A stretch of 64,000 nucleotides of DNA from Chiloscyllium plagiosum (lineage: Eukaryota): NCBI RefSeq assembly GCF_004010195.1, contig NC_057718.1, positions 28,744,277-28,808,276 on the forward strand, read 5' to 3'. Positions 49,233-62,727 of this stretch are shown piece after piece. How positions within the stretch are numbered: position 1 is the first letter of the stretch; each line of letters begins with the position of its first letter. Both the position numbers and the translations under genes were made by a program. The notes under the pieces are model-generated. The model had not been told where the DNA came from and ran no database searches. It saw only the letters and a list, made by a program, of their open reading frames with translations.

Positions 49233-51534
49233 TTTCCAATTATTGGTAATGATCCTTGTTGGAAATTGAGTTTGCAACTGCCATAATATATCATCCACAA
49301 ATTGTTAATGGTAAAGATTGATCCTATTGTTTTTCTAACTATCATAGAATCTGACACCCTGATGGAGAAATAGTTTGATTCCACACTCAACAGTATCTCC
49401 TTAGTGGCCTGGTATAATTCTGAAATGACAAAAAAAAACTACCCTGTACATTTCTGAAAGTGAATCATGAACTTTCAACTTGATTGTGCAGCATTTGAAT
49501 GTGTAACATCATACCTTGATTTCCTGAGATGAAGTGCAACAGTATGGATAATAATCTATAGCAACAAAACTGGAATTCTGTAAAGTAAAGCTTTTACAAA
49601 AAAAACAGGTGTATCCACTAATCAAGAATTCAAGTTAAGAGCTAATTGAACCCTACCCTTCTCAAAACGCATTCTCACTATTAGATCTAAGCAGGCCGCA
49701 ACCAGATCTTTCCACTTTTTTTCAAACACCCCAAGAGGAGCAGGTTCAAAGAGTCCGGGAGGGGATTTAACTGTACGGTAAAATACCGATCCACATGGAA
49801 TTGACTTATAGGTGAAAAATTATTTTCTAGGCGAACTGGATAAACATGCCAAAGGAAGATCTCACATCACTTTCATACTTTTCAACTGGTTAGCAAATCT
49901 CAGGAAGGACAGTGATTGAGTGAGAACAATTTACTTCTGCGGCATTAGGCTAGGTTTGGGATGTGGAACTTCCAAATCACCCTTTGCTGATTTTTATCAA
50001 ATACTTCCTACTGGAAAGTGCATCTGTGAACACAGCATATCTCCTGATAACTGCCAACTGGGCTCAAGCATAAAGGGAAGTTACTTAGACAAGGCAATGA
50101 AAATTATACCAAGGCAAAAAAAAACTGTACCTTCAGGAGATAATGTAAGAAAATTAATATCGAGTCATAAACCACAGAAATGGGCCCTTCAGTCCAACCC
50201 ATCAATGCCGACAAAGTTTCCCAAACTACCACTTATCACGAGAGAAGCTGAGATTATTTGTCTTTGAACACAGTAGGTTGAAGAATGATTTATCAAGCTT
50301 AGGAAATATTTGTGGCAGTTTTATCTGCATAGAGAAAAATTTATTTCCAGTTCAGGATAGTTGGTAATCACAGAACACACTCAAAAGATTTAAGGGGGCA
50401 GGTGAGGAGATATTATTTTACTCAGTGAGCTCTAATGAGCTGGAGGAAATTAAAGAATAGCAAATCAGTGAAGGTGCTAGAGAGAATGTGCAATTACAAC
50501 CAATGATGAGGCAATGTCAGGAAAGAAGGAATGAAAATTAAGAAGGAGAAAGAAAACATTAAAACGTAGCTCTTAGGATTCCTGACTAAAACTTCTGTTT
50601 ATGCTTCATCTTCAAATTTTATAAGTGCTGAGCTTCAGGCATCCAGCACCACTTCATCATTTCTAACCCTGTCACTCACCAAGACAGTGTGACACACAGT
50701 TACATGAATGGAGACAGAAAAACACTGCATTTACATCACATTTTATTTACTTGAAAGACTATATATTTTTAGTGGGGAATCTTCATTTATAATTTATTGG
50801 ATTGCAATGTAATTTATGGCACAACTGGGCAATCAATCCATCAAACATATTACCACGAGTCTCATGAGTTCCACTTGCATTATTCACAATTCACATAGGA
50901 CATGGGGCTTTCTCACTGCAAACCACCTCCTCCACCACCCCATGCCCTGACAATTATTCCTCAATATACAAAATCAGTTAAAATTGATGCATGAGACAGC
51001 ATTACCTGCAATTTGCAATTTGATTGGCAGTTATGTTATCCCTCCTTTGTGCAAAAGCAGAATAAAGCACTTTCCAAATTACAATAGCCAGCACCGTCAA
51101 AAAGCTGATGCAGACTTCAGAGAAATAATAATGCTGTAGTCCATTGTGACAGGAGATAAAAATGATCTTCTGACCTGCATTACAAACAGGGCTTTTGATT
51201 GATAGGTGGTTGGCATTCAGGAGGAGGAGAACATGCAGATCTTAAACTAAAAGTTGTCATTTATTTTTCTTTCTGATAATTCAGTTCAGTGAACACCTGA
51301 ATACACACTGAAACATGGATATTAACATCCATAGTATATTTCTGGTGCCAATTCATTTGCACTGATACTTGACAAAAATTCCATAATCTTCATTGTACAG
51401 TAGTTACATGCACTAATATGTGGAGGACATATTTCAGATTTGCGCACTTGTGCAATCTTTCATTTATTCATACCACACTGAGTTCAAACAAACCCTAATC
51501 TCAATGGAAATTCATAAAATCAGCCATTTTCAAG

Positions 51535-51740
51535 TTTCTATGGTCTTATTGAAGCAGTGATCCAATTAGCCTCATATCCCCGCTTTCCCCAAATCCTGCA
51601 TTCTTTTAAAAAGTGCTGTAACCTGCCACATGCTTCCTCACTGTCAACAACTCCTCCGACTTTCTATGGTCTTATTGAAGCAGTGATCCAATTAGCCTCA
51701 TATCCCCGCTTTCCCCAAATCCTGCATTCTTTTAAAAAGT
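51535..51740 (+). repeat. Exact 80-bp direct repeat with 46-bp spacer, inside an old CR1 3' end
   Basis: 51535-51614 = 51661-51740. Confidence 0.95.
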
Positions 51741-51974
51741 ATACATCCAACCCACTTTGCAAAGTTACCAATGAATATGCTTCCACCAGTATTATTCAGA
51801 TGGTACATTCTAGACCATAGGAACACGCTGTGTAAAAATAAATCTCATATATCCTTGATTCTTAAATCAATCTGAACATTGACCCTCTTGCATGTAGAAA
51901 CAGTTTCTTCTCATATACTGGATCAAAACCCACCATAATTTTGAACACTTGTGTAAATCAGTCCTCTGAAATAT

Positions 51975-52097
51975 ATGGCTTCTTTGACAATGCAACACTC
52001 CCTCAGTACTACATTGGTGTGTCAGGCTTGGTTTTGTGATTATTTCTCTGAATGGGGTCTTGAACCCAGGCGAGGATGTTAGTGTTGAGCACTGACA
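51975..52097 (-). mobile_element. SacSINE1-like 5' fragment
   Basis: CACTCCCTCAGTACTACATTGG..CTTGAACCC (B box on the minus strand). Confidence 0.7.
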
Positions 52098-52486
52098 ACT
52101 TTATAAAGATTTAGCATGCCTTCTGTGCTGTTATTTTTAACCTTTAATTTTTAATTTTCCTTAATCTTTATTGAACTACTGTACAAAGGAATTTGATTCA
52201 TCACCATTTTGTTTTTCTACTTTTTTCCAGCTTAATTGGCAGCTATTTTGTTTACATGATGTCCACATTTGAGTGTATAACCGTACCACTGAGTTAGTAA
52301 CATGTCTAGGAGGCGATGACAATGGAAATTATGTGTATGTTAAGTTGTGAAAAATCTGAATAGAGGATAGACATTAAGTACTTTATATGTTTAATTATTA
52401 ATAATACAGACCAGAAGTAGCATTGGTCCAGCTTGGTTGCCGCCTGAAAGGATCATATGTTCCTGGTCCTGGTGTTTTCTGTTAAT

Positions 52487-52890
52487 ACATAAGAACATAA
52501 AAATTAGGAGCAGGAGTAGGCCGTCTGGCCCTTTGAGCCTGCTCTGCCATTCAATAAGATCACGGCTGATCTTTTTGTGGCCTCAGCTCCACTTACCCAC
52601 CCTCTCACCATAACCCTTAATTCCTTTACTGTTCAAAAGATTATCTATCTTAGCTTGAAAAACATTCAATGAAGAAGCCTCACTGGTCAGGGAATTCCAC
52701 AGCTTTTTGGGTGAAGAAGTTCCTTCTCAGTTCGGTCCTAAATCTGCTCCTCCTAATTTTGGGCTATGCCTTCTTGTCCTAGTTTCACCCGCCAGTGGAA
52801 ATCTCCTCTGTACTTCTATCTGATCTATTGCCTTCTTAATTTTATACATTTCTATAAGATTCCACCTCATTCTTCTAAATTCCAATGAAT
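52487..52890 (-). mobile_element. CR1 3' end
   Basis: CATAAGAACATAA tail; 3' UTR similar to 38180. Confidence 0.9.
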
Positions 52891-52892
52891 AT

Positions 52893-54185
52893 TTATCCTA
52901 GGTTGCTCCGGGAAGCGAAAAAGGAGGTTGTTAAGCCACTGGCGAGGGTATTTGCCTCCTCACTCTCCACAGGTGTCATACTGGAGGATTGGAAGGAGGC
53001 GAATGTTATTCCTCTTTTCAAGAAAGGTAATAGAGCAATTACAGACCAGTCAGTCTTATATCTGTGGTTAGCAAAGTTTTGGAAAGAATTCTGAGGGATA
53101 GGATTTATGACTATTTGGCAAAGCATAGTGTGATTAAAGGCAGTCAGCATGGCTTTGTGAGGGGCAGGTCATGCCTCACAAATCTTTGAGGAGGTGTCAA
53201 GACAGGTCAATGAAGGTTGAGACGTGGATGTGGTGTATATGGTCTTCATCAAGGCATTTGATAAAGTTCCCCATGGTAGGCTCATTCATAAAGTCAGGAA
53301 GTATGGGATACAGCGAGATTTGACTATCTGGATTCAGAATTGGCTGGCTGACAGAAGGCAGAGTGTGGCTGTAAATGGAAAGTATTCTGCCTGGAAGACA
53401 GTGTTGAGTGGAGTCCCACAGGGCTCTGTCCTTGGGCCTCTGCTTTTTGTAAATTACTTGGCTGAGGAGGTTGAGGGGTGGGTTAGCAAATTTGCAGATG
53501 ACAAAAAGGTTGGACGTGTCGTCAATAGTATAAAGGGCTACTGCAGGTTGCAACACAACATAGACAGGATGCAGAGCTGGACTGAAAAATGGCAGATGGA
53601 GTTCAACCGGATAAATGCGAAGTGATGCATTTTGGAAGGTCGAACACGAATGCTGAATATAGGATTAAAGACAGGATTCTTGGCAGTGTGGAGGAACAGC
53701 GGGATCTGGGTGTGCAAGTACATAGATCCCTCAAAATTGCCACCCAAGTGGATAGGGTTGTTCAGAAAGCAAATGGTGTTTTGGCTTTCATTAACAGGGG
53801 GATCGAGTTTAATAGCCACGAGGTTTTGCTGCAGCTCTACAAGTCCCTGGTGAGACCACACTTGGAATATTGTGTCCAGTTCTGGTCGCCCTACTATAGG
53901 AAAGGTACAGAGGCTTTGGAGAGGGTGCAAAGAAGGTTTACCAGGATGCTGCCTGGTCTGGAGGGCTTGCCTTAAGAAGAAAGGTTGAATAAGCTCGGAA
54001 CTTTTCTCTCTGGAGAGAAGGAGGAAGAGAGGAGACCTGATCGAGGTATACAAAATAATGAGTGGAATAGATAGAGTCAATAGTCAGAGACTTTTCCCCA
54101 GGGCAGGATTGACTGGTACGAGAAGTCATAGTTTAAAGATATTAGGAGGAAGGTGTAAAGGAGACGTCAGAGGTAGGTTCTTTAC
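52893..54185 (+). mobile_element. CR1 ORF2 RT region (frameshifted), running into a gap
   Basis: [53 protein letters not shown]. Confidence 0.95.
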
Positions 54186-54921
54186 NNNNNNNNNNNNNNN
54201 NNNNNNNNNNNNNNNNNNNNNNNNNNNNNNNNNNNNNNNNNNNNNNNNNNNNNNNNNNNNNNNNNNNNNNNNNNNNNNNNNNNNNNNNNNNNNNNNNNNN
54301 NNNNNNNNNNNNNNNNNNNNNNNNNNNNNNNNNNNNNNNNNNNNNNNNNNNNNNNNNNNNNNNNNNNNNNNNNNNNNNNNNNNNNNNNNNNNNNNNNNNN
54401 NNNNNNNNNNNNNNNNNNNNNNNNNNNNNNNNNNNNNNNNNNNNNNNNNNNNNNNNNNNNNNNNNNNNNNNNNNNNNNNNNNNNNNNNNNNNNNNNNNNN
54501 NNNNNNNNNNNNNNNNNNNNNNNNNNNNNNNNNNNNNNNNNNNNNNNNNNNNNNNNNNNNNNNNNNNNNNNNNNNNNNNNNNNNNNNNNNNNNNNNNNNN
54601 NNNNNNNNNNNNNNNNNNNNNNNNNNNNNNNNNNNNNNNNNNNNNNNNNNNNNNNNNNNNNNNNNNNNNNNNNNNNNNNNNNNNNNNNNNNNNNNNNNNN
54701 NNNNNNNNNNNNNNNNNNNNNNNNNNNNNNNNNNNNNNNNNNNNNNNNNNNNNNNNNNNNNNNNNNNNNNNNNNNNNNNNNNNNNNNNNNNNNNNNNNNN
54801 NNNNNNNNNNNNNNNNNNNNNNNNNNNNNNNNNNNNNNNNNNNNNNNNNNNNNNNNNNNNNNNNNNNNNNNNNNNNNNNNNNNNNNNNNNNNNNNNNNNN
54901 NNNNNNNNNNNNNNNNNNNNN
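54186..54921. other. Assembly gap
   Basis: Run of N. Confidence 1.
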
Positions 54922-55131
54922 GGTGGCAGCAGACGGGGTTGGGGGGTGGGGTTTGCGGGCGGGCGGGCAGGGGGTGGGGCTCATACACAGTGTGCTGCTG
55001 CCTAGTCTCCTGAACGGGGAGTAGACTTCACAGCAAACTCCGAGCCCAAGAGGAAATCAATTAACCGAATAAGCAATTATCCGAATGATAAAGTGCCCGC
55101 CCATATCGTTTGGATAATCAAGGTTCCTCTG
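54922..55131. mobile_element. End of a Tigger/pogo-like non-autonomous DNA transposon
   Basis: Terminus GGATAATCAAGGTTCCTCTG (reverse complement CAGAGGAACCTTGATTATCC) with subterminal ATTA(A/T)CCGAA repeats; the other end is presumably in the gap. Confidence 0.65.
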
Positions 55132-55133
55132 CA

Positions 55134-55600
55134 ATTGCAGTCCCAACACTGGTCTCTGATCGCCAAACAGAAAGGCACTCATTTGTCCCCACTCTTTGCT
55201 TCCTGTTAGTTATCCAATCCTCTATCCATGCTAATACATTACATGTAATGCCATGCATCTTTATCTTATGCAGCAGCCTTTTGTGCAGCACTTTGTCGAA
55301 TGCCTTTTGGAAATCTAGATGCATCACATCTACTGGGTCTCTATGGTCCACCATGCTCATAGTGTCATCATAGACTTCCAGTAGTTAAGCATGACCTGCG
55401 TTTCATGAACCCATGCTGCGTCTGCCCAATGGGACAATTTCTATCAAGATGTCTTGCTATTTCTTCCTTGACAACAGATTCAAGCATTTTCCCCACCACA
55501 GAAGTTAAGCTAACCAGTCTATAATTGTCCACCTCCTTTTTTAAACAATGGTGTTGCACTTGCTGTTTTCCAATTTGCTGGAACTGCCCTAGAGTCGAGC
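55134..55600 (-). mobile_element. CR1 RT fragment
   Basis: NYRLVSLTSVVGK, QHGFMK, LDFQKAFDKVLH. Confidence 0.9.
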
Positions 55601-56002
55601 GAAGAGTAGATTACCACTGAAAGGACAACCCTTTTAAAGCTGTCATTTCCTGGCCTATTTGAAAAATAAATGTAAGCATCCTTTTATAAATCCAATTCTT
55701 GTCATTTGTTCCTCCAATTTCCATCCCATTTCCCTCTTCCTCTGAAAGCCAAAGGTCCTCTAGTACTATCTAAAAGTAAGTGATTGATTGCTCGCCAATC
55801 ATGAACTGTCACAACCTAGTCTTATTCTTTTCTCCTCTAATTCCCAAATATGCATTTTCTAATTAGCATTCATGGGTAGTGATTAGGAATAGAACTCATA
55901 CTGGATCTTGCTTTCCTTATCACTGAGGCCACTGAGAGAAACTTAAGGAGCTTTTGACTTATAGTGCTCAGCAGCACATCCTATATTGGACCAATTTCAT
56001 TG

Positions 56003-56100
56003 TAGCTGAAAATGTGTTGCTGGAAAAGCGCAGCAGGTCAGGCAGCATCCAAGGAGCAGGAGAATCGACGTTTCGGGCATGAGCCCTTCTTCAGGAATTC
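56003..56100 (-). mobile_element. Short Penelope-derived insert
   Basis: Near-identical to 44976-45064. Confidence 0.9.
56062..56100 (-). ncRNA. Minimal type I hammerhead ribozyme motif (predicted)
   Basis: GAAUUC CUGAAGA A GGGC-UCAU-GCCC GAAA CG UC GAUUC. Confidence 0.7.
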
Positions 56101-56739
56101 AGTTTTTCAACATAATAGTCACAGATTGTTTTGCATTGTTACCTAATCATTCATAAATATTGATCATGTATATGTTGTAAACATATAATCTGATAATGAT
56201 AATCAAGCAAATCAATATTTTTCAGCAGGTTAAGTCATAGATTAGATACTTCTATGGCATCAAGCAACCAACTGGATTCCAGCCTTACTAGAGGGACCTG
56301 TACAAATGATCCAGGATCATATATAATCCTGCCATTCCATGATCCAGACAGAAAGTGACTGCCTGGTTTCCAAGATTTGAAAATATTATGGGATTGGCTG
56401 GTACAATGGGTCAGATTGCTGCCCATTTAGCCCTGAGATCACTAAGAGAATGAATATCTCCTCTTCCTGTTAACTAAAAGGATTCTACATATGTTGGACT
56501 GAGCACTGAGTTCAGATTCTAAGAGGGTACATAGGCTGATAGCAGATATTTTTATTGTCAATGTATTGGGAACATTATTCAAGTCTATGTTTCCACCTTG
56601 TGCAGCCGTGGTGAATGAAGAGACTGGTACCTAAAATGAAAGAATGTTCAATTTCCCATCAATAACAGCATTCATCTCAAAGTCCACTGAAGAAACACCA
56701 TGCAGAATGGAACTGTTTAAGTACCCTTTAAAAAAGGTT

Positions 56740-59028
56740 AGTCATAGAATCATAGAGATATATAGTACAGAAACAGACCCTTAGGTCCACCACGTCCATG
56801 CTGTCTGGGTATTCTAAATAAATCTTGTCCCATATGTGAGCATTTGGCCCATATCCCTCTGAACACTTCCTGTTCATATACCCACCCAAATGCCTTTTAA
56901 ATGTTGCAATTGTACTAGCCTCCACCACTTCCTCTGGCAGCTCATTCTATACACGCACCACCCTCTGCATGAATGTACTGCCCCTTAGGCTCCTTTTAAA
57001 TCTTTTCCCTCTCACCTTAGACCTATCCCCTCCAGTTTTGGACTCGCCCAGTCGGGGGAAAATACTTTGTCTGTTTATCCTATCCATGCTCCTTATGAAT
57101 TTATAGACCTCTGTAAGGTCACCCCTCAGCCTCTGATGCTCCAGGGAAAACAGTCACAGTCTATGCAGTTTCTCCCTATAGCGCAAACTCTTTAACCTTG
57201 GTAACTTCCTTGTAAATCTTTTCTGAACTGTTTCAAGTCTCACAATATTCTTCCTATTGCAGGGATCCAGAACTGCACGCAATACTCCAATAGTGGCCCA
57301 AGCAATATCCTGTACTGCCGCAACATGACCTTCCAACTCCTATACTCAATGCACTGACCAATAAAGGTAAGTTTACCAAATTCCTTCTTCACTATACTAT
57401 CTACCTGTGACTCTACTTTCAAGGAACGATGACCCTGCACTCGTCTCTTTGTTCAGCAACACTTCCCAGGACCTTACCATTTAAATGTATAATTTCTACC
57501 CTGATTTGCCTTTCCAAAATGCAGCACCTCACATTTATCTAAATTAAACTCCTTGACCCATTGACCCATCTGATCAAGATCCCGTCGTGCTCTGAGGTAA
57601 TTTTCTTCGCTGTCCACTACACCTCCAATTTTGGTGTCATCTGCAAACTTACTAACCATTCCTCCTATGATCACATCCAAATCATTTATATAAATGACAA
57701 AAAACAGTGGACCCAGTAGTGATCCGTGTGGCACACCACTGATCACAAGCCTCCAGTCTGAAAAGCAACCCTCCACCACCAACCTCTGTCTTCTACCTTC
57801 GAGCCTGTTCTACATCACAGTTCTTCCTGGATTCCGTGTGATCTAACCTTGCTAACCATCTATGAGGAACCCTGTTGAATGCCTTAGTGAAGTCCATTTA
57901 CATCATGTTCACCGCTCTGCCCTCATCAATCCTCTTTGTTTTGTCTTCAAAAAACCCAATCAAGCTCATGAGACACGATTTTCCATGCACAAAGCCATGT
58001 TTACTACCCCTAATCAGTCCTTGCCTTTGCAAATACATATAAATCCTGTCCCTCAGGATTCCCTCCAACAACCTGCTCACCACCAATGTCAGGCTCACCA
58101 ATCTATAGTTCCATGGCTTTTCCTTATTATCTTTCTTAAATAGTGACACCATGTTTGCCAACCTCTAGTCTTCTAACACTTCGCCTGTGGCTATCAATGA
58201 TACAAATATCTCAGCAAGGGGTCCAGCAACATCTTCTCTCGCTTCCCACAGAGTTCTAGGATACACCAGATTAGGAGAAAGTGAGGTCTTCCTGAAGAAG
58301 GGCTTATGCCCGAAACATCGATTCTCCTGTTCCCTGGATGCTGCCTGACCTGCTGCACTTTTCCAGCAACACATTTTCAGCGCTACATCAGATTAGGTCT
58401 TGGGGATTTATCCACCTTTATGCATTTTAAGACATCCAGCACGTCCTCCTCCTCTGTAAAAGGGACATTTTTAAAAATATCACTATTTATTTCCCATGTT
58501 CTCTATCTTTTATATCTTTCACCACAGTAAACACTGATGCAAAATACTCATTTTGTATCTCCCCATCTCCTGTGGTTCCACATGTGGGTGACCTGCTGAT
58601 CTTTAAGGGGCCCTATTCTCTCTTTTGTTACCCTTTTGTCCCTAATGCATTTGCAGAATCTTTTTGGATTCTCCTTAACCCTATTTGCCAAAGCTGTCTC
58701 ATGACCCCTTTTTGCCCTCCTGATTTCCCTCTTAAGAATACTCCTATTGCTTTTATACTTTTGTCAAAATTCACTCTTTCCCTGCTGTCTACACCTAACA
58801 TATGCTTTCTTCTTATTCTTGACCAAAATCTCAATAGTCATCCAGCATTCCCTACACCTACCACCCTTGCCCTTCGCCCTAACAGGAATATATCGTCTCT
58901 GGACTCTCATTATCTCATTTCTGAAAGCTTCCCATTTTCCAGCAATCCCTTTATCCGCAAACATTCACCCCCAGTCAACTTTTGAAAGCTCTTGCCTAAT
59001 ACTGTCAAAATTGGCCTTTCTCCAATTG
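56740..59028 (-). mobile_element. CR1 LINE, about 2.3 kb 3' portion, decayed
   Basis: Successive ORF2 fragments (KWEAFRNEI, NYRLVSLT, GVPHGSLLGP, KFADDTK) and tail at 56740. Confidence 0.95.
58276..58383 (+). mobile_element. Short Penelope-derived insert nested in CR1
   Basis: Flanked by TACA(C/T)CAGATTAGG (58262-58275 and 58384-58397); hammerhead core at 58292-58319. Confidence 0.9.
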
Positions 59029-59399
59029 GTAAAGCACTGTTTAGGATGCAACCAAAATCTTATTTACACTTGGATCAAGGGTTTTCTTTAATACTCCAGG
59101 ACTGGCAATGATGCATGTTTCTCCTACTTCCAACTAAGCAGTTCCTAAACACCGGGCTTTTTAAACAAATGGCTGTACAAAGCTATTAGTTTCATCACTA
59201 GTTGTATAAGTTGCTTACTTACTTCATATGCTGACTGAGATCTGACAACAGTAAATACTAACTGTTCAAAAGCAAACACAGCCTATGTTGTAAAAATTAT
59301 TTTCTGATGTAAATATGTGTATATTCTGACATAGCCATTGGAAAACAGTATAGAATAAAAGCCATGGCTGAACTCTCCTAGCCCTGACTCTCCAGATCA

Positions 59400-60189
59400 G
59401 AGGGTGAATCGTGCCCAATTTTTCCCTGAGCAGACTGCCAAACTAATTTGGCAGAATGCCTCATTGCCAAAATTTTCCAACAAACATCAAAACATAGCTT
59501 GGCTGATGGTGAGAAGGGCAGTCAATATCTGGGAGATTATTCCTGTATATCCCGCCTCTCTCTGTATCACATGCCACTCTCGAAGCAACTGCAGTGGCGG
59601 TAGGGGTGGGAAGATTAGTCGGGACTGTCAGGTATCTCCTGCTGGAATGTGCCTTTGCAAAGAAGATCTGCAGAGAGATGCAGTTGTTTTTGTCCCGAGC
59701 ATCATCATGATGCAGGACTCTATGGGCTGTTCCTTGGGATGTACACCTCGACAAACATCAACTGTGTCTGGAGGACCATCAACTCGGTGAAAGACGCTCT
59801 TTGGTCTGCCAGAAACTTGTCGGTTTTCAAATGTAAACAGTTGACCTCAATTAGGTGTTGCAGAGTAGCACATTCCAAGGTCTAGGACCACGTGCTGAGG
59901 GACACACTAAAACTTGGGGCAACTGCTGCCATGGTACGGTGGGGAAAGACCACTATCTAAGGTTTCTCTGCCAAAGTATGATGAAGGTCCATTTAGTTAT
60001 CAGACCCTCTCATTGTCTCAAAATATATGCAAATAGTGTCTTGCATGAGTAGGAAATGTCTCTGTTTGCAATTGCAGGGATGCCCTGAGGAATGTGTTGG
60101 CCTTTTCTGTATAGAACTGTATAGAACTGTTTTAGTACCTTGTGTACATAAATTATTTTATGAATAAAGTATATTTTTGCAATAAAAAA
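59400..60189 (+). mobile_element. Tx1-clade non-LTR element 3' end (C-terminal zinc-finger region, 3' UTR, A tail)
   Basis: FPEQTAKLIWQNAS..NKHQNIAW; WRTINSVKDALWSARN; LRDTLKLG..RWGK; AATAAA plus A tail. Confidence 0.85.
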
Positions 60190-61266
60190 TCTCCAGCTGA
60201 GATCTGCTATATTGGTTTAAATCAAGCACTGAAACTTGGAACTCTGAAATGTGTCAGTTTCAAATTGGCAGCTTACTGACTGATGTTTTCTGTAAAATTT
60301 CATAATTTTTATGAAAGTTATGAGTTTCATCTGAAGACTGACTGGTTAACTATTTTAGTGGTTAATGTTAACATGTTTGGAAGCTCTAGTCCAATCATTC
60401 TCGTGTCCACTGAGTCTATTTCTTGCCTCCACATTTATTTTGTCATTCTTTTTTGTCAGTCACCTGCATATCAGACAGCCTTTGGAAGGGTTGAAGGGTT
60501 GAAAAATACATCAAAAATCTCAACAAACTTTAGAAAATCTGGTACAATTTTGACTTGATAGCCCATCAACTGGCTACATCCTTCTAATTGTTCCCAACAA
60601 CTCTTTAAAATAACTAACATGTAATTTCCCAACCTTCAGCAAACATCCAGTTCTCATCAATACTTGGGATGATCAGAGAATATCATTTCAGGTCAGTCCA
60701 GTTCCACATAAGCAGACTTATTGCTCCTCAACAATCTTGCCTGACTTCCCTTCATATTACAAAATATGCCCTAAAGTGTTGACAGTTTGTGAATGCTGTC
60801 ACCACTCTTGGGAATACACACTGATATATATAGCATTTGGACAAGCATCTACGCATCCCACTAATTAAATTACAACTGCTTTTGAAGTTGCGTTGCTAAA
60901 TTTTATGTTCACATTTTCAGATATTTACAAAGAGCAATGTTTTATTTGTAGACATTTTGAGCCTTATAGATTTTCATACTCACACTGGGACTAGGTAAGA
61001 ACCGAGGTACTTTTGACTGGAAGGAGGAAGTCACAGTCTGAGACAAGGTTTGAGGCTTCACATTATAGTGCCCTGGTGCTGGTCCTTCTTTCTGTAGGAG
61101 GTTAGAAAGAATCAGCATCTACATCAGACAAATCATCAACAAATACTGACAGAGAAATAATATTCTCCTCATCTTTCCTGAAGACGTAAATCCTTAGTTA
61201 GGTTCCAATCTATAGTTGTTAGAAATTCCACACGGTCAAGGGATCACTCCTCCTCTACAGTCCTAA

Positions 61267-61447
61267 GTCATAGAGTCATACAACACAGAAACAAACCCTT
61301 TGGTCCAACTAGTCCATGCTGACCAGGTTTCCCAAAGTAAACTAGTCCAATTTGCCTGCATTTGGCCCATATCCCTCTAAATCTTTCCTATCATATAGTT
61401 GTCCAAATGTCCTTTAAATATTGCAACTGTACCTCCCTCTACCCACT
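61267..61447 (-). mobile_element. CR1 3' end
   Basis: GTCATAGAGTCATA tail and 3' UTR. Confidence 0.85.
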
Positions 61448-62727
61448 TAATAAAATCCCCCAAAAGTAAAACACACACTGCAGGACAATAAATTGTCAAC
61501 TCAAAGAGAAAATAATAGCTGGCATTGGAATTTTGTGCTTTGTTTGCTCTCCAAAATAACAATGTTAAGATACATTATGGTCCTATTGCCATCTAATAGC
61601 CTCAAGAGCTGTCAGAGTTTTTGGCTTCACCACCAAATCCAGAGCTTATTCCAAAGCACAAGTTATTCCCTTGTATCCAGGTTCTCATGTCCTTCTGCAA
61701 TGATTTAGGTCTTATCATGTCTTGTTGTTGTATTATGCTGTATAATGCAATATTAACTAGATATCTGGACTAGTATATTACCAGCAGGACTTTACTCAGG
61801 AATGTTGTAATAAATCCAGAAATGGAATTGGAGGTAACACATTCATGGATTCCTTAAAATTATCATGTGAAGGAATATTATTGTTCATTGTTAATTATCC
61901 AAAGCCTTTCTTTTTAATCTTAGAATTGTGTATTTAAAAGAATGAGCTGAGGAAACACTAAAGACAAACTTGAAAACAATAAAATAGAAACACAGATTAC
62001 CATATAAAGAAGCAGTGAAGTCCTGATGCTTAGTCAACATACTTGCAGATCTCCAGACTCTTGCACATGATAAGTAATCATGATATTCATAAAAAGTATA
62101 ATACAACTGTTCTGAAAACTTTATTTTGACATGTATTTTTTTGGCTGATCTACATTGCAACTGATGAAGTCACTTGTGAAAACAAAATGTTTGCTGTTGC
62201 TTTTGAAATGCCAATTGGGAGGGCACTGGGTAATTTAGGTAGCTAGCATATAGTTCAGAATGCTACCTGCAGTAGTTCAATTCCCATTCCAGCTGAAGTA
62301 GATTTGGGACCTGCCTTCTTGCTCTGCCACAAGAGTGGAATGCAATGGTGAAATATCACTGACAAATTGCCACGGAAAGCCACTCAGAACAAAACATCAG
62401 TGGATAATGAGCCAAGGACCTGCTTTCAGGTCAAACACACGTACCACACCAGAGACTAACAGAGCAAAGTAAATGAAGCTATTGAGGGATGTGGAATCTT
62501 GACTACATGATCTGTTCATATTTCAATAATTTCAGATCACATACTTTGCAGCTTTTGGTTTTAACTCATTTTTGTTTGTTTCTGGACTGCAACAATTCAG
62601 TGCTTGCTGTGTCTTAGGAGTGGAGAGATATTAATATAGAGATGTCTCATATAATTAACTTAATGATTGATTTATTGAAACATGCAACAGCTTTTTGAAC
62701 AACTTTTTTGTTTTATTTGTTATAATA

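Noticed and set aside
49650..49900. Possible exon or L1 remnant
   Set aside because: Translations gave no motif I could support
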